Part shown: positions 42,584 through 53,872 of the stretch, in pieces | Layout of the letters: each line of letters starts with the position of its first letter | Numbering within the stretch: position 1 is the stretch's first letter | From: Obrimoposthia wandeli | Taxonomy: Eukaryota | Direction: 5' to 3' | NCBI GenBank assembly: GCA_977020255.1 | Contig: CDROCS010003444.1 | Span: 124,001-184,167 of the forward strand | Length of the DNA stretch: 60,167 bases | The notes under the pieces: generated by a model | What the model saw: the letters and a program-made list of their open reading frames with translations, nothing else | Database searches by the model: none | What the model was told of the DNA's origin: nothing | Made by a program: the position numbers and the translations under genes

Positions 42584-45500
42584 TTATTCGCTGGTATTTT
42601 TAGCTAGATCGACTAACTCTTTACCTGCCACAATATACATTGCGTAATCTTGTCTCTCAGCTGTACGTAACTCGTCCAATACGCTTATCCAACGCGCTGT
42701 TAGCGATTGGTTTTTATCGGCCCAGCTTTCTACAAGTTCCTTAATATCAGTATCATTTTTATAGCCCTTTAATACTGAAAGTAGCACTAAACCGTGTTGC
42801 CATTCCAAGTCATCGCGAAAGGCTTCTCTAGCAAGCCCCTGCCAATGACTATCAACATTTAGCGCATTAAGCTGCTGCGCGAACCAAGCTAATTGCAACT
42901 TATTACTTACCTTGAAGTAAGCTCTTGCTACTTGCTTAACAGGCACACTACTGCTCTTTCCGATCTCACCAATCGCAAGCACAGAATACAAACCACGGGT
43001 ACTCGCTATTTCAGCGGCAAGCTCTTCGCTCACACCTAAATCAGTGTATTTGGTAAAGGTTTGCTTCCAACGCTCTAGCGGCTCTCCTATAAGGAATTTG
43101 TCCATGCCTTTGTTTGCTTCAGCAATTAACTCAGAAAATTGATCATACTCCACTTGGCAGTCTAACCCTGCTACACGATTGCGTACAAACCAACGTGTCG
43201 CGCGTCTAGTCAAATGCTGTAGCTCTTGCATCAATTCAAACTGTACTTCAGTGCCTATAGCATAATCCATCGCTTCAATTTTCGACCAAGTTTCAGTCAC
43301 TTTGAAGATATCCCTAACTAAGATATAAGCTCTAGCGATAACACCGACATCAGCGCCAGTAGAGGCCACTAAACGATCGACAAAGTTAATACCCATAAAG
43401 TTAACAATATGATTGGCTACTTGTGTCGCAACTAACTCGCGATTCAATCGGTGCTGTTTCATTTGCTCGCCATACATCTTTTCCATTTTAACAGGGAAAG
43501 AAGTGGTTAGCTCACGTGAAACGTAAACATCATCGGGCACAGAGGTCAGCAATAACGATTCTTTAAGGTCCGCTTTAGCGTAAGAAATTAGCACTGATAA
43601 CTCAGGTCGTGTTAAACCATCACCACTTTGCGCACGCTCAGTCATTACCTCATCAAGTGGCAAAAACTCCAAGGCACGATTTAGCTTACCTTGAGCTTCT
43701 AAATTGCGGACAAATCGACGGTATTCTGTCATTGATTTTACTGTTTGACGCTCGGCCAAACTGATTGCTTGCACTTGACGATAATTATTGGCGAGCACTA
43801 ACTCTCCCACTTCGTCAGTCATCGATTCTAATAAATTATTACGCTGCTTTTGCGTTAAATCGCCATCATCCATAATACCTTTAAGTAAAATTTTGATGTT
43901 AACTTCGTGATCCGAGCAATCTACACCGGCAGCATTATCGATAAAGTCAGTATTTGAACGGCCGCCATTTAAGCAGTATTCGACACGCCCTAATTGAGTA
44001 GTACCTAAGTTACCGCCCTCGCCAATCACTTTACAACGTAAGTCATTGCCATTAACACGTAGCACATCATTGGCTTTATCGCCCACTTCCTCGTGAGATT
44101 CGCTAGAGGCTTTTATATAAGTGCCTATGCCGCCATTCCAAAGTAAGTCAATTTCGGCCTTAAGTAGTGCATTAATCAAATCAGTTGGTGTCATGCTGGC
44201 GTTTTTAACACCTAACATTGCTTTCATTTCAGGTGTTAGCTTGATGGATTTAGCACTGCGCTCGAATAACCCACCCCCTTTTGAAATCAACGTTTTATCA
44301 TAATCTGACCAGCTAGAACGCGGCAGATCAAATAAACGCTGGCGCTCGGCAAATGTTTTAGCAGCATCCGGCTTTGGATCAATAAAGATGTGCATATGGT
44401 TAAAGGCACTTAAAAGACAAATTTTATCTGATAACAACATACCATTACCAAACACATCTCCTGCCATATCGCCGATACCGATAACGGTAAACTCATCTTT
44501 TGCGGTGTTAATACCCATTTCACGAAAGTGACGCTCAACAGAAACCCAAGCGCCTTTTGCAGTGATACCCATGCCTTTATGGTCATAGCCGACACTACCG
44601 CCTGATGCAAACGCATCACCTAGCCAGAAATTGTATTCATCGGAAATGCCATTGGCAATATCAGAGAATGTCGCTGTCCCTTTATCAGCGGCAACCACTA
44701 AATACGGATCATCTTCATCACGACGCACGACATCAACAGGCGGTGTTAAATTACCTTCAACCAGATTATCAGTGATATCTAGCAAAGCGCTAATAAAGAT
44801 TTTATAACAGGCAATACCTTCAGCTAAAAACTCCTCCCTAGTCATGCTGTCATTCATCATCTGGGGAACAAATCCGCCTTTGGCACCAACAGGTACTATT
44901 ACCGCGTTTTTAACTTGCTGGGCTTTTACTAAACCAAGTACTTCGGTTCTAAAGTCCTCAGCGCGATCTGACCAACGCAATCCTCCGCGAGCAACTTTAC
45001 CACCACGCAAATGTACGCCTTGGACACGAGGAGAAAAGACAAAGATCTCGAAAAGAGGTGCGGGTAGCGGAATACCTGGAATGCTTTGCGGCATTAATTT
45101 AAAACTTACGTAAGTTTTAACTGCACCATTACTATCTTTTTGGAAGAAGTTAGTGCGTACTGTGCCCTTAATCAGTGCTAAGTACTGCCTAAGTACTCTA
45201 TCGTCTGTCAAACTTGATACGTTATCAAAGCTAGCGATCAATTTAGCTTCTATCTTTTGAGCGGCGGCATCAGAGGATTTTTTCGGATCAAAATAGGCAT
45301 GAAACAATGCGACTAACTGCTTGGCAATACCAGTGTGTTGATTCAATGTTGCGATGATTGCATCAGTACTAATCGGAAAGCGAATTTGCTTCATATAGGC
45401 AGCGTATGCTCTAAGCAATACCACATCACGCCAGCCTAGTTTCGCACCCAAAATGAGTCTATTAAAGTTATCGGATGACGCTTTTCTATTCCAAATAGCG

Positions 45501-47413
45501 AGATATGCTTCTTGAAAAGAAAGACGATGTTCTTTAACCACAACGTTGTCAGAACCGGTATAAACTAAGTTAAAATCATGCAGCCAAACAACGTCATTAC
45601 CCGATTTAATTTGGTACGGATGCTCATCTATTACCCGCAGCCCTAAATGCTCTAATACTGGCAGCACGTCAGACAAAGGCAATGGATCTCTAAAGTTGTA
45701 CAAAGTAAGGTTAAGCTCGTTACCTTCATTTTCTAATTGACGGTAAAAACTTAATGACAATGGCGCCTCTTCACTTAGCTCTGCCATGTAACCCATATCG
45801 GCAACACCAGTGCGCGGCGTAAACATATCAGAGTAACCAGCAGGGAAGTTAACACCTAGTTTGTTAAATAAATTCAGCCCTTTTTCTTCACCTAATTTCT
45901 CTATTAGGGAAATTCTTAACTCATCATGCCAGCTGCGTGAGGCTTGACGAACCAGTTTTTCAATGGTTTTAAGATCGGTATTGGCTTCGACATTACCTTG
46001 CGAATTACGTAAAGTAAATTGCGTTCTCGCCAATATCGATTCTGAAAAATAGGTATGAAAATCTGACAAATCACAACCCAATGTTTCTTTTAAGATATTC
46101 TCAACTTTAATACGGAACTCAGTACTGTAAATATCACGCGGTGCATAAACCAAGCAAGAAAAGAAATGCGCACTTTTGTCTTTGCGAATAAAAATGCGTA
46201 TTTGACGACGCTCGTGGATCTGCAAGATCCCCATCGCCATTTCAAACAACTCATCAGCACCGGTTAAAAACAGTTCATCACGCGGATGGATTTCAAGAAT
46301 TTGAAAAAGCTCTTTCCAGTTATGGCCACCATCAGGTAATTCAGATCTCTGCATTACCGATTCAACTTTACGTCTAACAATAGGAATCAACGCAGAGCTT
46401 TTATTGTAAACAGCAGATGTATACTGACCTAAAAAGCGCAGTTCACCAATCCATTTACCGGCTTTATCGAATTGTTTAATACTAATGTAATCAGGGTGTG
46501 ATGGGCGATGAATTCTAGATTTAACCATCGCTTTAGTAAAAGTAACGAAATCAGATTCGTCTGGGGCAACATCTTCAGCAATATCATGAAACAATTTCGT
46601 CTGGCAATATTCATTACCCCCTTGCTTCAATAAACCTAATTGCGAGTTTTCTACTGCGATCAACTCTGTTTTGCCCGCTTTTGTAACGACTTTGTATTCA
46701 TCAAAGCCTAAGAAGGTAAAGTGATCTTTAAGCCAAACTAAAAACTCTTTGGTCTCAGCTTTATCGGCATTGGATATCTTCGCTATTGGGACATCAAAAC
46801 TCTTAATAGCTAATTCACAATGTTTAACCATGGCAGGGAAATCTTCAACTACCGCAATAACTTCAGTTAAAATTTCTGTAATAGTAGCTCTTAAGTCTTC
46901 CAATTGCTCCGCATCAGAATGACGATCTATTTCTACAGAAATAAACGATTCTCTGGCGCTTCCAGCAACTTTAGATTTACCTGTCAGCAGTTTCTTAAGT
47001 TTTCCAGATTCGTCTCTTGAGGTGATTAGAACGGAATTGTTTATGGCATGGATAGTTAAATTACGTCTATTTAACTCCATTCTCAGCGAATCAACTAAGA
47101 ATGGCTTATCCGTTTGTAAAATTTCAATAAAAGTATGCGTTGATTGCCAACCACTCTCTTCGTATCTCGGGTTATATACTTTAACAGCGGGCGCTTCGCC
47201 CTGATAGTTTTGAATAAACTGCCAACTTTCTAGAGTGGCACCATACAAATCGTCTAATCGCCACGTTTCAAGATCTAATTCTGATGCAGCGGCGTAATAT
47301 CCTTGAGCGAATTGCTTAACAGCTTGGGCTTTTGTGACTGTTAATTTATTGTCTAACTCTTCGTTTAGCTCTTTTAACAGTGAAGCCTTAATTGTTCCGA
47401 TTTCTGTTGACAT
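42584..47413 (-). CDS. gdhB: Large NAD-specific glutamate dehydrogenase
   Basis: 1609 aa with GVHLRGGKVARGGLRWSDR.EDFRTEVLGL, VAADKGTATFSD, GIGDMAGDVFGNG, NTDFIDNAAGVDCSDHEVNIKI. Confidence 0.97.
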   Translation of the reverse strand: MSTEIGTIKASLLKELNEELDNKLTVTKAQAVKQFAQGYYAAASELDLETWRLDDLYGATLESWQFIQNYQGEAPAVKVYNPRYEESGWQSTHTFIEILQTDKPFLVDSLRMELNRRNLTIHAINNSVLITSRDESGKLKKLLTGKSKVAGSARESFISVEIDRHSDAEQLEDLRATITEILTEVIAVVEDFPAMVKHCELAIKSFDVPIAKISNADKAETKEFLVWLKDHFTFLGFDEYKVVTKAGKTELIAVENSQLGLLKQGGNEYCQTKLFHDIAEDVAPDESDFVTFTKAMVKSRIHRPSHPDYISIKQFDKAGKWIGELRFLGQYTSAVYNKSSALIPIVRRKVESVMQRSELPDGGHNWKELFQILEIHPRDELFLTGADELFEMAMGILQIHERRQIRIFIRKDKSAHFFSCLVYAPRDIYSTEFRIKVENILKETLGCDLSDFHTYFSESILARTQFTLRNSQGNVEANTDLKTIEKLVRQASRSWHDELRISLIEKLGEEKGLNLFNKLGVNFPAGYSDMFTPRTGVADMGYMAELSEEAPLSLSFYRQLENEGNELNLTLYNFRDPLPLSDVLPVLEHLGLRVIDEHPYQIKSGNDVVWLHDFNLVYTGSDNVVVKEHRLSFQEAYLAIWNRKASSDNFNRLILGAKLGWRDVVLLRAYAAYMKQIRFPISTDAIIATLNQHTGIAKQLVALFHAYFDPKKSSDAAAQKIEAKLIASFDNVSSLTDDRVLRQYLALIKGTVRTNFFQKDSNGAVKTYVSFKLMPQSIPGIPLPAPLFEIFVFSPRVQGVHLRGGKVARGGLRWSDRAEDFRTEVLGLVKAQQVKNAVIVPVGAKGGFVPQMMNDSMTREEFLAEGIACYKIFISALLDITDNLVEGNLTPPVDVVRRDEDDPYLVVAADKGTATFSDIANGISDEYNFWLGDAFASGGSVGYDHKGMGITAKGAWVSVERHFREMGINTAKDEFTVIGIGDMAGDVFGNGMLLSDKICLLSAFNHMHIFIDPKPDAAKTFAERQRLFDLPRSSWSDYDKTLISKGGGLFERSAKSIKLTPEMKAMLGVKNASMTPTDLINALLKAEIDLLWNGGIGTYIKASSESHEEVGDKANDVLRVNGNDLRCKVIGEGGNLGTTQLGRVEYCLNGGRSNTDFIDNAAGVDCSDHEVNIKILLKGIMDDGDLTQKQRNNLLESMTDEVGELVLANNYRQVQAISLAERQTVKSMTEYRRFVRNLEAQGKLNRALEFLPLDEVMTERAQSGDGLTRPELSVLISYAKADLKESLLLTSVPDDVYVSRELTTSFPVKMEKMYGEQMKQHRLNRELVATQVANHIVNFMGINFVDRLVASTGADVGVIARAYILVRDIFKVTETWSKIEAMDYAIGTEVQFELMQELQHLTRRATRWFVRNRVAGLDCQVEYDQFSELIAEANKGMDKFLIGEPLERWKQTFTKYTDLGVSEELAAEIASTRGLYSVLAIGEIGKSSSVPVKQVARAYFKVSNKLQLAWFAQQLNALNVDSHWQGLAREAFRDDLEWQHGLVLLSVLKGYKNDTDIKELVESWADKNQSLTARWISVLDELRTAERQDYAMYIVAGKELVDLAKNTSE

Positions 47414-47635
47414 CGTCTGCGAATCCTTGGTTTTTTATATTGCATTGTGTTTCGTAAGGTAAGTATAGACTAGAATAACTATTCAACCTTTTCTGTTGTA
47501 GTTCTTTTTGTTCTTTATATCAATATTTTAATTATTTAGACTGATGATTGCACTATCTCTAATCTTCAATGATAATTCATATCATATTACTTTTACCCAG
47601 CCAATAGCCACGGCTCAATTAATGCGAACTTAACC

Positions 47636-49345
47636 ATGTACAAACCATTTTTCGAAACTATAGTCGGATTTTTAATATTTTTACTAATTCCAATGCAATT
47701 ACACGCCCAATTACAGGTTACCACTAATAGGACTCAATATTCACCTAGAGACAATATAACCTTAAAGGTGGAAACCACCAACCCTATCGAAGCTCCACTA
47801 GACACTGGCTCATTACAAAGCCAGTTTTTGATCCTTGATCAAAAAAAATTGATCATAAACAGCTACGCTGAAGGTAAGAGATCAAGCATAGTGCGCTGGG
47901 AGATTCAATTGCGCGCGCGCAAATCTGGCTACCTCGATATCCCAAGCCTTCAATACAATCAGGATAGCAGTGAAAAGTTTAGCATTTTCGTCAAAAGCAC
48001 TAGCCCTACTCGCTTTTTACCCGTTAGCGATATGCCCGTTATACTCGATGCGCAAATAGATAAAGAATTTACTTATGAAAACGGCCTCATTTTATATACT
48101 TTAAATATCTATTCAGACCAACCTCTAGCGACTGACTTTACCATCAGCCCTCCAAAATTGGCCAAGAGCAAAATACAATTTTTAGAAGAAAGTGATCTTC
48201 AAACAGTTGAAATCCGTAACAAAACTTATCAAGTAATCGAACGTCGTTATGCCATTTTCCCCACTGAAATGGGTAGATTTGTGATTGAAGGTTCAGTATT
48301 CGATGGCGCACAAGAAAACAGCGCTAGCCTGCAAGCTAGAGCGAATAACCTACAAATTAACGTGCGAACAAGACAGGATTTTGATAACGCCACCTACTGG
48401 CTACCCGCTTCCAGCGTAACCATTGAAGAAACCTGGAGCAAAAATACACCTCTACAAGTGGGTGATGTGATTACTCGTGAGATTAAAATGAGTGTGCAAG
48501 GTATTGCCGCCACTAATTTGCCGCGATTGATTACACAAAACCCTGAAATGATTAATGTGCAAGATAATCAAACATCCTTGACCGATAAAATAAATAAGCA
48601 AGGTATTGAAGGGACTCGAATAGAGCGTCAACAAATTCAGCTATTGGAACGCGGCGAACTTACTTTCCCAGAGATACAAATTTACTGGTGGGATATCAAC
48701 CAAGACAGTCAGCAAACTGCCGGTATTAACAAACAGATACTGCAAGTACTTCCCGATAACAATGGCGTTGCTTCAATCGAGCGCGAAATAGCACAAAACC
48801 AACCTAAATCGACTAAAAAGGGAGATATTAATATCATTCAGACGGATATTAATTGGCTGCTTTGGGCCTTAATCACACTATCTGTTTTTAGCTCCTTAGG
48901 ATGGGCATTTAATTTGCGTAAAATTAAGCGTCTGAAAGAGCAACAAGTAACAGAAACAGATCACGACTTGAGCAAGCCTGTCAATTCTGACCACGATTTG
49001 CATATACCCAAGGCACAGCAGCTAAAAAGTAATTCAAGTAATGCGCCATCCTTCTCTACACAGCCCCAATTTAACGCTAAGGCCGAGTTAAACACTTTCC
49101 AAGCGCTAGGTAGGGTTTGTATCAACAATGATTTAATCGCCACTGAGCGCCGCCTAATTGAGTGGGCCAATCATTTTTGGTTTGAACAAAACATACAAAG
49201 TATTGCTGCTGTCGCGCAATCTGCTAACAATCCATCTCTAAATATGCTCCTCGCTGAAATGCAGGAGCTTTTAGATACACAACAAAGCGAAACTTGGCAG
49301 GGCAAGAGCTTATTCACTTTACTAACGAACTTAAGATCGAGCTAA
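47636..49345 (+). CDS. BatD-like exported/membrane protein
   Basis: Signal peptide, Ig-like repeats (YTLNIYS, RRYAIFP...G.F.I, WLPAS.V...E.W, GDVITREI, YWWD), a TM helix near the C-terminus and a helical tail. Confidence 0.8.
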   Translation: MYKPFFETIVGFLIFLLIPMQLHAQLQVTTNRTQYSPRDNITLKVETTNPIEAPLDTGSLQSQFLILDQKKLIINSYAEGKRSSIVRWEIQLRARKSGYLDIPSLQYNQDSSEKFSIFVKSTSPTRFLPVSDMPVILDAQIDKEFTYENGLILYTLNIYSDQPLATDFTISPPKLAKSKIQFLEESDLQTVEIRNKTYQVIERRYAIFPTEMGRFVIEGSVFDGAQENSASLQARANNLQINVRTRQDFDNATYWLPASSVTIEETWSKNTPLQVGDVITREIKMSVQGIAATNLPRLITQNPEMINVQDNQTSLTDKINKQGIEGTRIERQQIQLLERGELTFPEIQIYWWDINQDSQQTAGINKQILQVLPDNNGVASIEREIAQNQPKSTKKGDINIIQTDINWLLWALITLSVFSSLGWAFNLRKIKRLKEQQVTETDHDLSKPVNSDHDLHIPKAQQLKSNSSNAPSFSTQPQFNAKAELNTFQALGRVCINNDLIATERRLIEWANHFWFEQNIQSIAAVAQSANNPSLNMLLAEMQELLDTQQSETWQGKSLFTLLTNLRSS

Positions 49346-49467
49346 TACTCACACTTAAGCAAATTATCGGGCCTGCATTATTCTGCTACAGATAAGCACT
49401 GTTTGATGGCCTCTAGGCCTCTAGATATTGCACTTTACAGCGATAGATAAAAATAATTTTAATAAGC

Positions 49468-50037
49468 GTGGAATTTATGACAATCAACCCAACGCTACAC
49501 ACGAGCAGATTCAAGCTAACCCCAATTGCAGATAATCCTGCCTCAAATGCACACTTAATAGAAATGATGCAAGACCAAAGAGTACAGCGCTATATCACAG
49601 GACATGCATTGAGTGATGCCGAGGTGCTTGTTCGTTTAGAAAGGTTTCATCGTATCAATAATCACAACGGGCAAGGTTTTTGGCTCATCTATAATGAGAG
49701 CCAAACTTGTGTAGGGATGTGTCTTTTAAAACCAATGCCCACTGAACAAGAAAGTAATTATATTGAAACAGGTTATTGGATTAAGCCTGATTTTTGGGGA
49801 CAAGGCATAGCAGCAGAAGCGGCTAGCAGATTGGTTGAATATGCTTTTTTAGAGCTGCAATTAGAACAAGTCACTGCTGTGGCTGATGCTGAAAACATTG
49901 CTTCGATTAAATCGTTACTACGCGCAGGGCTTGAAAGAGATGGAGATATAATAGCTTACGAGACCAAGCTGCCTTTTTTTCGTATTACAAAAAAACAGTT
50001 TGATGAATCTGTTGCGTCATGTGATTTAAAGAACTAG
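49468..50037 (+). CDS. GNAT N-acetyltransferase, RimJ/RimL family
   Basis: LHTSRFKLTP, IETGYWIKPDFWGQGIAAEA, ENIASIKSL..AG. Confidence 0.9.
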   Translation: MEFMTINPTLHTSRFKLTPIADNPASNAHLIEMMQDQRVQRYITGHALSDAEVLVRLERFHRINNHNGQGFWLIYNESQTCVGMCLLKPMPTEQESNYIETGYWIKPDFWGQGIAAEAASRLVEYAFLELQLEQVTAVADAENIASIKSLLRAGLERDGDIIAYETKLPFFRITKKQFDESVASCDLKN

Positions 50038-50098
50038 CTATCCTTTGTAACATACCCACTTAAAACACATTACCTAACCTAACGAATACCACAAAAAT

Positions 50099-50164
50099 GC
50101 TTATCAACTAAAGGGTCTTTAGCCGATAAGCGCTTGTGTATCTTAAGCTCTTTTTAAGAGCTTA
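50099..50164. terminator. Two hairpins between convergent GNAT and dpp operon
   Basis: gcttatc..ctaaag-ggt-ctttag..gataagc (50099-50131) and taagctctt-ttt-aagagctta (50144-50164). Confidence 0.55.
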
Positions 50165-50182
50165 TACTCTAAACAACTGAAA

Positions 50183-51835
50183 TTAACTATTCGATAAATC
50201 AGGCACTTGCCAAGCTTTACCAGGAACAGCCTCCAGCAAGCTTTTAGTATATGCATGTTGCGGGTTATGAAATACGTCATAAGTCGGTCCATATTCAACC
50301 ACTTCGCCCAATTTCATTACGGCTATATTGTCACACACTTGCGCTGCCACTCTTAAATCGTGCGTAACAAACAACATCGCCAAATCCATTTTCTGTTTAA
50401 TCTCATCCAACAACTCAAGTACTTGAGCTTGCACAGATACATCTAAAGCGGAAACCGCTTCATCAGCGATTAGCAACTTAGGCGACATCGCTAATGCTCT
50501 AGCAATACCAATACGTTGGCGCTGACCACCAGAAAATTCATGTGGGTAACGTTTCAATGCGTACTTATCTAAACCTACAATTTCTAGCAACTCTTCTGCT
50601 TTCTTCCAAGACTCAGCTTTAGGCACACCGTGAATCGTTGGACCTTCAGTAATGATATCGCCAATCTTACGACGTGGGTTTAAAGATGCATAAGGATCTT
50701 GGAAAATCATTTGGATATGCTGGCGTATCGGCATCATTTCTGCATTACTGCATTGCAAAATGTCTTGCCCATTAAACTCAACACTACCGCTATCTGATTC
50801 ATGCAATCGAATAATACAGCGCCCTACGGTTGACTTACCAGAGCCTGATTCTCCCACTAAACCTAAGGTTTCACCTTTGCGAATATCAAAGTTAATATCT
50901 TTAGAGGCATGCACCACACGTCCAACTTTGCCAAAGAAGCTTTTCTTAGCAGAGCCGTACGTTTTAAAGAGATGCTTAACTGACACCACCACTTCCGAAT
51001 CTATCGCTACTTTTTTCACAGCACCTAAGCTAGGCACAGTAGAAATAAGCTTTTTAGTGTAAGGGTGCTCTGGTCTATTCAATAACTTTTCAGCGGGGCC
51101 TTGCTCTACGATTTTACCAAGCTGCATAACGATAACGCGATCCGCTATTTCTGCCACTACCCCAAAATCGTGAGTAATGAAAATAACGCCCATGTTGCGT
51201 TTTTTCTGTAACTGGGCGACCAGCTTAAGAATTTGCGCCTGAGTCGTTACATCTAATGCAGTAGTGGGCTCATCTGCTATCAAAATAGCAGGCTCTAGCG
51301 CTAACGCCATTGCAATCATTACACGCTGACGCTGACCACCTGATAGCTCAAATGGATAGCTATCACCAATGATTTTTGGATCAGGTAAGCCCACGTCATC
51401 GAGCATTTCTATAATTTTATCTTTTATCTGTTTGCGAGACAGCTTCAAGTGATGACTTTGAAACACTTCTTCTAATTGCTTAGACACTTTCATCACAGGA
51501 TTTAACGCGGTCATCGGCTCTTGGAAAATCATGCCAATTTTACTGCCGCGAACGCCCTGCATTTGCTTGTCAGTAATTTTGGTTAAGTCCATTCCTTCAA
51601 ACAGAATTTCGCCATTTGCTACATTCACATGCGGCTTTGGCAATAAGCCCATCACGGCATTAGAAGACATTGACTTACCAGAACCTGACTCGCCAACAAT
51701 GCACAGTATTTCACCGGCAAATAGCTCAAAGCTAACATCTTCGACCGCAAAAGGTCGATCTGCGCGAGGCGGCAAACTAATCGACAAATTATTAATGGTT
51801 AAAATTGCATCTTTACTTGCTGTTACATCATTCAT
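50183..51835 (-). CDS. Peptide ABC transporter ATP-binding protein, fused twin NBD
   Basis: Two Walker A (GESGSGKS twice), two signatures (LSGGQRQR, FSGGQRQR), ADEPTTALD and ADEAVSALD. Confidence 0.94.
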   Translation of the reverse strand: MNDVTASKDAILTINNLSISLPPRADRPFAVEDVSFELFAGEILCIVGESGSGKSMSSNAVMGLLPKPHVNVANGEILFEGMDLTKITDKQMQGVRGSKIGMIFQEPMTALNPVMKVSKQLEEVFQSHHLKLSRKQIKDKIIEMLDDVGLPDPKIIGDSYPFELSGGQRQRVMIAMALALEPAILIADEPTTALDVTTQAQILKLVAQLQKKRNMGVIFITHDFGVVAEIADRVIVMQLGKIVEQGPAEKLLNRPEHPYTKKLISTVPSLGAVKKVAIDSEVVVSVKHLFKTYGSAKKSFFGKVGRVVHASKDINFDIRKGETLGLVGESGSGKSTVGRCIIRLHESDSGSVEFNGQDILQCSNAEMMPIRQHIQMIFQDPYASLNPRRKIGDIITEGPTIHGVPKAESWKKAEELLEIVGLDKYALKRYPHEFSGGQRQRIGIARALAMSPKLLIADEAVSALDVSVQAQVLELLDEIKQKMDLAMLFVTHDLRVAAQVCDNIAVMKLGEVVEYGPTYDVFHNPQHAYTKSLLEAVPGKAWQVPDLSNS

Positions 51836-51846
51836 AATCGCCTCCT

Positions 51847-52758
51847 CTAAGTTTTAGATTTTTTCATTTTAGGATCTAGTGCATCACGCAAACCATCACC
51901 AATTAAATTAATGGATAACACGGTAAACAAAATAGCTAAACCCGGAACAGCCATCATCCAAGGGTCAGATAAAATATATTGACGACTATCTGCCAGCATT
52001 GTACCCCATTCAGGAGAAGGCGGTTGCGCGCCCATCCCTAAGAAGCCTAATGCCGCTGCATCTAAAATCGCAGACGAGAAACTCATCGTCGCTTGGACTA
52101 TCAATGGTGCCATACAGTTAGGCAATACGTTGATAAACATTAAACGCGCAGTAGATGCTCCCATGGTTTTACTTGATGAGACATAATCTTTACCGAGCTC
52201 CGACAAAGCCTGAGCACGCGTTAAACGTACAAAATGCGGAATAAATACTACCGCTATTGCGATCATCGCGTTTTCAAGTGATGGGCCTAAGATGGCCACC
52301 AGCGCTAAGGCCATTAATAAACTTGGAAAAGCGAGGATAATATCCATCAAGCGCATGATAAGGTTTTCAATGAAACCTTTATTAAACGCAGCTACCAAGC
52401 CTAAAACAACACCGATAGTCAAACAAAAGAAGATAACAATGAAGCCGATGTAGAACGAATAGCGTGAGCCATAGATCATGCGTGACAACTGATCTCTACC
52501 TAGAGCATCGGTGCCAAAGATATGTGTCCAGCTTCCTCCTTCTGCCCAAACTGGTGGCATTTTAAGTACGTCTCGGTATTGCTCTATTGGAGAATATGGA
52601 GAAATAAAGTCGGCAAAAATAGCTACGAACGCTAATATAGAGATAAAAACAAGGCCATATAAAGCGCCTTTGTTTTGCTTAAACTCAAACCAAAAACCCA
52701 ATAAAGCAGCGACCGTCGCCGACTGCGTCGGTTTAGTTGCTGTAGATTCAATACTCAT
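51847..52758 (-). CDS. dppC: Dipeptide ABC permease
   Basis: PPVWAEGGSW.HIFGTDALGRD, MRLMDIILAFP, AALGFLGMGAQPPSPEWG. Confidence 0.93.
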   Translation of the reverse strand: MSIESTATKPTQSATVAALLGFWFEFKQNKGALYGLVFISILAFVAIFADFISPYSPIEQYRDVLKMPPVWAEGGSWTHIFGTDALGRDQLSRMIYGSRYSFYIGFIVIFFCLTIGVVLGLVAAFNKGFIENLIMRLMDIILAFPSLLMALALVAILGPSLENAMIAIAVVFIPHFVRLTRAQALSELGKDYVSSSKTMGASTARLMFINVLPNCMAPLIVQATMSFSSAILDAAALGFLGMGAQPPSPEWGTMLADSRQYILSDPWMMAVPGLAILFTVLSINLIGDGLRDALDPKMKKSKT

Positions 52759-52760
52759 CT

Positions 52761-53774
52761 TTAATTTCCCTTCTTACGGATGCGCGGATCAATAATGCCA
52801 TACAAAACATCGACACTTAAATTAACAATAATGACGATCGTGGCGATCAAAATTAAGCCACTTTGTACCACGGGGTAATCGCGACGAAAGATACTATCAA
52901 CCATCCATTTACCAATGCCAGGCCAAGAGAAGATAGTTTCAGTCAATATAGCACCGCCCAATAAAGTGCCCACTGAAAGGCCAATAACGGTAATAATAGG
53001 AATCAATGCATTTCTAAAACCATGCACAACCACCACTCTAAAAGGGCTTAAGCCTTTGGCCCGTGCGGTTTTAATGTAATCTTCAGCTAATGTTTCTAAC
53101 ATGGCTGAACGGCTTTGTCTGGCAAAGGTCGCCATAGGGATAGTACCCAAGGCAACTGCCGGTAATATTAAGTGTGCAACGGTTGATCTGAAAGCGCCCT
53201 CTTCAGTGGACAGCAAACTATCAATCAGCATAAATCCTGTTGGCGTATCAAAGAAGTACAAAGCAGATATTCGCCCTGATACCGGAGTCCAACCAAGGTA
53301 ACCGGAAAAGAAAACAATCAGTAATAATGCCCACCAAAATATTGGCATAGAGAAACCAGTCAATGAAATCGTCATTAACGAGTGGTCAAATACAGAACCG
53401 CGTTTAACCGCAGCAATGATACCCGCTGGAATACCGACCAAAATAGCAAAGAACAATGCAAAAATGGTCAATTCAAACGTGGCGGGAAATAATTCAAAAA
53501 ACTCATCTAATACTGGACGCCCTGTCACAAATGATTTACCAAAATCACCTTGTAACAGCTGGCCTACGTAATCGATGTATTGCTTCCAAAGCGGTTGATC
53601 AAAGCCATAAGCGTGCATTAACTCTTGATACTTCTCTTCGGGCAAACTGCGCTCGCCTGCCATGATCAATATGGGATCGCCTGGAATGACATGGATGAAT
53701 ATAAAGGCGGCTAAAGTAATACCTATGTAAGTTGGGATCAAAACCAACATACGTCGGAATATAAAACTGAACAT
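52761..53774 (-). CDS. dppB: Dipeptide ABC permease
   Basis: IPGDP, GFSMPIFWWAL, DYIKTARAKGL, ETIFSWPGIGKW, RRDYPVVQ. Confidence 0.94.
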   Translation of the reverse strand: MFSFIFRRMLVLIPTYIGITLAAFIFIHVIPGDPILIMAGERSLPEEKYQELMHAYGFDQPLWKQYIDYVGQLLQGDFGKSFVTGRPVLDEFFELFPATFELTIFALFFAILVGIPAGIIAAVKRGSVFDHSLMTISLTGFSMPIFWWALLLIVFFSGYLGWTPVSGRISALYFFDTPTGFMLIDSLLSTEEGAFRSTVAHLILPAVALGTIPMATFARQSRSAMLETLAEDYIKTARAKGLSPFRVVVVHGFRNALIPIITVIGLSVGTLLGGAILTETIFSWPGIGKWMVDSIFRRDYPVVQSGLILIATIVIIVNLSVDVLYGIIDPRIRKKGN

Positions 53775-53812
53775 TTGGTTGTCCTGTAAAAAAGAAATGA
53801 AACGGTAGATAC

Positions 53813-53840
53813 AAACAAACCGGCTAAGGCCGGTTTGTTT
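53813..53840 (-). terminator. Stem-loop between dppA and dppB (partial terminator/mRNA stabiliser)
   Basis: aaacaaaccggc-taag-gccggtttgttt, a 12-bp perfect stem. Confidence 0.8.
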
Positions 53841-53872
53841 AATTACTCAAATAAACATTGTTTTATAACATA

